Assembly: GCF_057098645.1 (NCBI RefSeq)
Contig: NZ_CM169472.1
Length of the DNA: 64,000 nt
Strand: one strand, 5' to 3'
Position numbers and translations under genes: made by a program. Shown here piece after piece: positions 59,047 to 64,000 of the stretch (position 1 is the stretch's first letter; each line of letters opens with the position of its first letter). The notes under the pieces are model-generated. The model saw only the letters and a program-made list of their open reading frames with translations, searched no databases and was not told the DNA's origin.

Positions 59047-60513
59047 ATGAATACAATCGCCTCCGTTACGCTCCCGCATCATGTACACGCTCCACGCTAC
59101 GATCGCCAGCAGTTGCAATCACGTATCGTTCATTTTGGCTTTGGAGCCTTTCACCGCGCACATCAGGCGTTACTGACCGATCGTGTGCTGAATGCCCAGG
59201 GCGGCGACTGGGGGATCTGTGAAATCAGCTTGTTCAGCGGTGATCAACTGATGAGCCAGCTCCGCGCACAGAACCATTTATATACCGTGCTGGAGAAAGG
59301 GGCGGACGGCAATCAGGCGATAATTGTCGGTGCCGTTCACGAATGCCTGAATGCAAAACTGGATTCCTTAGCGGCAATTATTGAGAAGTTTTGCGAGCCA
59401 CAGGTGGCAATTGTTTCCCTGACGATTACCGAAAAAGGCTATTGTATTGACCCTGCCACCGGTGCACTCGACACCAGCAATCCGCGGATTATTCACGATC
59501 TACAAACCCCTGAAGAACCTCACTCCGCGCCAGGTATTCTCGTCGAAGCACTGAAACGCCGCCGTGAGCGCGGCCTTACACCGTTTACCGTGCTCTCCTG
59601 CGACAATATTCCCGACAATGGCCATGTGGTGAAAAACGCGGTGCTGGGAATGGCAGAAAAACGTTCGCCAGAACTCGCCGGGTGGATAAAAGAACACGTC
59701 AGTTTTCCGGGAACCATGGTCGACCGCATTGTTCCGGCTGCAACCGACGAATCACTGGCAGAAATCAGCCAGCATCTGGGGGTGAATGATCCCTGCGCGA
59801 TTAGCTGCGAACCGTTTATCCAGTGGGTGGTGGAAGATAACTTCGTCGCTGGGCGTCCTGCCTGGGAAGTCGCAGGTGTACAAATGGTGAATGATGTCCT
59901 GCCATGGGAAGAGATGAAGCTGCGTATGCTTAATGGCAGCCACTCTTTTCTCGCTTATCTGGGTTACCTCTCAGGATTCGCCCATATCAGTGATTGCATG
60001 CAGGATCGCGCATTTCGCCATGCCGCCAGAACATTAATGCTGAATGAGCAAGCGCCGACACTGCGAATTAAAGATGTCGATTTAACACAATATGCGGATA
60101 AGTTAATTGCACGTTTTGCTAACCCGGCGCTGAAACATAAGACCTGGCAAATCGCAATGGATGGCAGCCAGAAATTACCGCAACGCATGCTGGCAGGTAT
60201 TCGCATACATCTGGGGCGCGAAACGGACTGGTCGTTGCTGGCATTAGGCGTTGCAGGCTGGATGCGTTACGTCAGCGGCGTTGATGATGCCGGAAATGCC
60301 ATTGATGTTCGCGATCCGCTTAGCGATAAAATTCGCGAACTTGTTGCGGGCAGCAGCAGTGAACAACGCGTAACCGCCCTGCTTTCCCTGCGTGAAGTTT
60401 TCGGTGATGATCTGCCAGATAACCCGCATTTTGTGCAGGCCATCGAACAAGCCTGGCAACAAATCGTACAATTCGGCGCACATCAGGCGCTATTAAACAC
60501 CCTCAAAATTTAA
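59047..60513 (+). CDS. yeiQ: Mannitol-dehydrogenase-family oxidoreductase
   Basis: 488 aa from ATG 59047 (ORF track starts at an upstream GTG). Long-chain polyol dehydrogenase fold (HFGFGAFHRAHQA). Confidence 0.88.
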   Translation: MNTIASVTLPHHVHAPRYDRQQLQSRIVHFGFGAFHRAHQALLTDRVLNAQGGDWGICEISLFSGDQLMSQLRAQNHLYTVLEKGADGNQAIIVGAVHECLNAKLDSLAAIIEKFCEPQVAIVSLTITEKGYCIDPATGALDTSNPRIIHDLQTPEEPHSAPGILVEALKRRRERGLTPFTVLSCDNIPDNGHVVKNAVLGMAEKRSPELAGWIKEHVSFPGTMVDRIVPAATDESLAEISQHLGVNDPCAISCEPFIQWVVEDNFVAGRPAWEVAGVQMVNDVLPWEEMKLRMLNGSHSFLAYLGYLSGFAHISDCMQDRAFRHAARTLMLNEQAPTLRIKDVDLTQYADKLIARFANPALKHKTWQIAMDGSQKLPQRMLAGIRIHLGRETDWSLLALGVAGWMRYVSGVDDAGNAIDVRDPLSDKIRELVAGSSSEQRVTALLSLREVFGDDLPDNPHFVQAIEQAWQQIVQFGAHQALLNTLKI

Positions 60514-60630
60514 CGATTTCTGCGGTTAAAGCGGATGAAGCTCGCCTTCGTCCGCTCTCCCCTTCTCTTTTCTGCCGTTTTTAGCCAGGATTAACGCTCA
60601 GTTAACTTATCAGAGTATTGCGGAGCCGTT

Positions 60631-61617
60631 GTGACCAGGACCAACCTCATCACCGGTTTTCTCGGCAGCGGGAAAACTACGTCGATTCTTCATCTGTTAG
60701 CCCATAAAGATCCCAACGAAAAATGGGCGGTACTGGTTAATGAATTTGGGGAAGTCGGAATTGATGGTGCTTTGCTCGCCGATAGCGGCGCATTGCTGAA
60801 AGAGATCCCCGGCGGCTGCATGTGCTGCGTTAATGGTTTACCCATGCAGGTAGGGTTGAATACCTTACTGCGTCAGGGAAAACCAGACCGCTTGTTGATA
60901 GAGCCGACCGGGCTGGGCCATCCGAAACAGATCCTCGATCTCTTAACCGCACCAGTCTATGAACCGTGGATAGATCTACGCGCCACGTTGTGCATTCTCG
61001 ATCCACGCCTGCTGCTGGACGAAAAAAGCGCCAGCAATGAAAACTTCCGTGACCAGCTGGCTGCCGCAGACATCATTGTCGCCAATAAATCCGACCGTGC
61101 GACACCTGAAAGCGAGCAAGCGCTACAGCGCTGGTGGCAGCAAAATGGTGGCGATCGGCAATTAATTCACAGTGAGCATGGGAAAGTTGACGGTCATCTT
61201 CTGGATTTGTCGCGTCGCAATTTAGCCGAGTTGCCCGCCAGCGCCGCGCATTCTCATCAGCATGTCGTGAAAAAAGGGTTAGCAGCGTTAAGCCTGCCAG
61301 AGCATCAACGCTGGCGTCGCAGTCTGAACAGCGGGCAAGGATATCAGGCCTGCGGCTGGATATTCGACGCTGATACGGTATTCGACACCATTGGCATTCT
61401 GGAATGGGCGCGACTTGCACCGGTGGAACGCGTCAAAGGCGTGCTGCGTATTCCCGAAGGGCTGGTGCGAATCAACCGTCAGGGCGATGACCTGCACATT
61501 GAAACGCAAAACGTTGCGCCACCGGACAGCCGTATTGAGCTGATTTCCAGCAGCGAAGCTGACTGGAATGCCTTGCAGAGCGCGCTGTTGAAGCTTCGTT
61601 TAGCGACTACCGCGTAA
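60631..61617 (+). CDS. yeiR: CobW/G3E-family metal-binding GTPase
   Basis: GTG start. P-loop GFLGSGKTT and the CobW-type GCMCC motif. Confidence 0.88.
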   Translation: MTRTNLITGFLGSGKTTSILHLLAHKDPNEKWAVLVNEFGEVGIDGALLADSGALLKEIPGGCMCCVNGLPMQVGLNTLLRQGKPDRLLIEPTGLGHPKQILDLLTAPVYEPWIDLRATLCILDPRLLLDEKSASNENFRDQLAAADIIVANKSDRATPESEQALQRWWQQNGGDRQLIHSEHGKVDGHLLDLSRRNLAELPASAAHSHQHVVKKGLAALSLPEHQRWRRSLNSGQGYQACGWIFDADTVFDTIGILEWARLAPVERVKGVLRIPEGLVRINRQGDDLHIETQNVAPPDSRIELISSSEADWNALQSALLKLRLATTA

Positions 61618-61655
61618 GGTTGCCTGCGTTTTTCAGTAAGATAATTAGAGAAAAT

Positions 61656-62369
61656 ATGATTAAAAATTTGCCGCAAATAGTGTTGTTGAATATTGTCGGC
61701 CTCGCGCTGTTTCTTTCCTGGTATATTCCCGTTAATCATGGATTCTGGTTGCCGATTGATGCGGATATTTTTTATTTCTTTAATCAGAAACTGGTCGAAA
61801 GTAAGGCCTTTTTATGGCTGGTTGCATTGACCAACAATCGCGCTTTCGACGGTTGTTCACTGCTGGCGATGGGAATGTTGATGCTGAGTTTCTGGCTGAA
61901 AGAAAACGCTCCAGGCAGACGACGTATCGTGATTATTGGTCTGGTCATGCTATTAACTGCAGTGGTATTAAACCAGCTGGGTCAGGCATTAATTCCTGTA
62001 AAACGGGCCAGCCCAACATTGACTTTTACCGATATTAACCGCGTCAGCGAACTGCTCTCTGTCCCCACGAAAGATGCCTCACGAGATAGCTTTCCCGGCG
62101 ATCACGGCATGATGCTGCTTATTTTTTCGGCATTCATGTGGCGTTATTTCGGCAAAGTTGCAGGTCTTATCGCCCTTATTATTTTTGTGGTTTTTGCGTT
62201 TCCCAGAGTAATGATTGGCGCACACTGGTTTACTGACATCATTGTCGGTTCGATGACCGTGATATTGATCGGTTTGCCCTGGGTGTTGCTGACGCCATTA
62301 AGTGATCGATTAATCACCTTTTTTGACAAATCACTACCGGGAAAAAACAAACATTTCCAAAACAAATAA
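61656..62369 (+). CDS. lpxT: Lipid A 1-diphosphate synthase (PAP2 family)
   Basis: 237 aa from ATG 61656. Polytopic membrane protein with PAP2-like motifs. Confidence 0.85.
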   Translation: MIKNLPQIVLLNIVGLALFLSWYIPVNHGFWLPIDADIFYFFNQKLVESKAFLWLVALTNNRAFDGCSLLAMGMLMLSFWLKENAPGRRRIVIIGLVMLLTAVVLNQLGQALIPVKRASPTLTFTDINRVSELLSVPTKDASRDSFPGDHGMMLLIFSAFMWRYFGKVAGLIALIIFVVFAFPRVMIGAHWFTDIIVGSMTVILIGLPWVLLTPLSDRLITFFDKSLPGKNKHFQNK

Positions 62370-62780
62370 CTCACAGTAATTAACATCATCAGGTTTATTT
62401 TTATAGTGAGGATAATCCTGATGATGCGCACCGTGCTTTCATCTATCGAACGCAAAAATCATTCTCTAAGTAAATGAATGGATTGCATGCGTTTCACTCA
62501 ATCGTACTTTAATTGACCAATCCCGCTTATTAACTTTCTGTATCACTTTTTCTTATAAAAAATCATGTAAAACCGCTCGCCAAGACCGCACCAATCGGGT
62601 AATCTCGAACTCGTTTTGCCTCGGCGGTAGATTATCCTCACAGCATATAATTTTGTGCGTTAGTCCACAGATTTGGCCTTAAGGAATTGTTTCAACATGC
62701 CCAGGTAATTAGTCTCGTGTCGCTTGGCATTTTTTTATAACGATATTTGTCGTTAAGGACTTCAAGGGAAAACAAACAAC

Positions 62781-63347
62781 ATGGTCAAATCTCAACCGAT
62801 TTTGAGATATATCTTGCGCGGGATCCCCGCGATTGCAGTAGCGGTTCTGCTTTCTGCATGTAGTGCAAATAACACCGCAAAGAATATGCATCCTGAGACA
62901 CGTGCAGTGGGTAGTGAAACATCATCACTGCAAGCTTCTCAGGATGAATTTGAAAACCTGGTTCGTAATGTCGACGTAAAATCGCGAATTATGGATCAGT
63001 ATGCTGACTGGAAAGGCGTACGCTATCGTCTGGGCGGCAGCACTAAAAAAGGTATCGATTGTTCTGGTTTCGTACAGCGTACATTCCGTGAGCAATTTGG
63101 CTTAGAACTTCCGCGTTCAACTTACGAACAGCAGGAAATGGGTAAATCTGTTTCTCGCAGTAATTTGCGTACGGGTGATTTAGTTCTGTTCCGTGCCGGT
63201 TCAACAGGACGCCATGTCGGTATTTATATCGGCAACAATCAGTTTGTCCATGCTTCCACCAGCAGTGGTGTTATTATTTCCAGCATGAATGAACCGTACT
63301 GGAAGAAGCGTTACAACGAAGCACGCCGGGTTCTCAGCCGCAGCTAA
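62781..63347 (+). CDS. mepS: NlpC/P60 murein DD-endopeptidase lipoprotein
   Basis: Lipobox LSACS and catalytic Cys region DCSGFV. 188 aa. Confidence 0.92.
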
Positions 63348-63393
63348 TAAACCGTTTGGATGCAATCCCTTGGCTATCCTGACGAGTTAACTG

Positions 63394-63424
63394 AAAGCAC
63401 TGCTTAGGCAGTGCTTTTTTGTTT
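63394..63424 (+). terminator. Rho-independent terminator of mepS
   Basis: Stem aaagcactgc/gcagtgcttt with ttag loop, followed by a T-run. Confidence 0.75.
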
Positions 63425-63527
63425 TCATTCATCAGAGAAAATGATGTTTCCGCGTCTTGATCCAGGCTATAGTCCGGTCATTGTTATCTTTTAAATGTTG
63501 TCGTAATTTCAGGAAATTAACGGAATC

Positions 63528-64000
63528 ATGTTCATACGCGCTCCCAATTCTGGACGTAAGCTCCTGCTTACCTGCATTGTTGCAGGCGTGATGATTGCGA
63601 TACTGGTGAGCTGCCTTCAGTTTTTGGTGGCCTGGCATAAGCACGAAGTCAAATACGACACACTGATTACCGACGTACAAAAGTATCTCGATACCTATTT
63701 TGCCGACCTGAAATCCACTACTGACCGGCTTCAGCCGCTGACCTTAGATACCTGCCAGCAAGCTAACCCCGAACTGACCGCCCGCGCGGCGTTTAGCATG
63801 AATGTCCGAACGTTTGTGCTGGTGAAAGATAAAAAAACATTCTGTTCATCTGCGACCGGTGAGATGGACATTCCACTCAATGAATTGATTCCGGCGCTCG
63901 ACATTAATAAAAATGTCGATATGGCGATCTTACCCGGCACGCCGATGGTGCCGAACAAACCCGCAATCGTCATCTGGTATCGCAACCCTTTGCTGAAAAA
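63528..64000 (+). CDS. rtn: Rtn protein, N-terminal fragment (continues beyond window)
   Basis: ATG at 63528. Translation MFIRAPNSGRKLLLTCIVAGVMIAILVSCLQFLVAWHK... runs open to the window end. Confidence 0.8.
   Translation, partial: MFIRAPNSGRKLLLTCIVAGVMIAILVSCLQFLVAWHKHEVKYDTLITDVQKYLDTYFADLKSTTDRLQPLTLDTCQQANPELTARAAFSMNVRTFVLVKDKKTFCSSATGEMDIPLNELIPALDINKNVDMAILPGTPMVPNKPAIVIWYRNPLLK

Overview
The window is an enterobacterial (Escherichia coli-type) chromosomal segment. I assigned genes by recognising the supplied ORF translations and motifs; no database search was run. The first ~7.7 kb is the integrase-proximal arm of a lambdoid prophage, all on the + strand: a lambda-like early-left set (Ea10, cIII, kil, gam, bet, exo), a run of small accessory ORFs, a TraR-like zinc finger, Ea22-like and DUF551-like proteins, an excisionase-like gene and a tyrosine integrase. 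The prophage ends at about 7775 inside mlrA (yehV), whose 3' portion follows without its N-terminal DNA-binding helix. The remaining ~56 kb is syntenic core chromosome: yohO, yehWXY-osmF, bglX, dld, pbpG, yohCDF, mdtQ, yohP, dusC, yohJK, cdd, sanA, yeiS, preTA, mglCAB, galS, yeiB, folE, yeiG, cirA, lysP, yeiE, yeiH, nfo, yeiI, nupX, rihB, yeiL, psuTGK, fruAKB, setB, yeiW, yeiP, yeiQ, yeiR, lpxT, mepS and the start of rtn. I found no CRISPR array, tRNA or rRNA, and no recognisable complete defence system. The places most likely to hold something undescribed are the unassigned prophage ORFs (353..823 and the overlapping small ORFs between exo and xis) and a GC-rich structured intergenic element at about 22020..22235. 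Coordinates of N-termini were adjusted from the ORF track where a better-supported internal start was visible.
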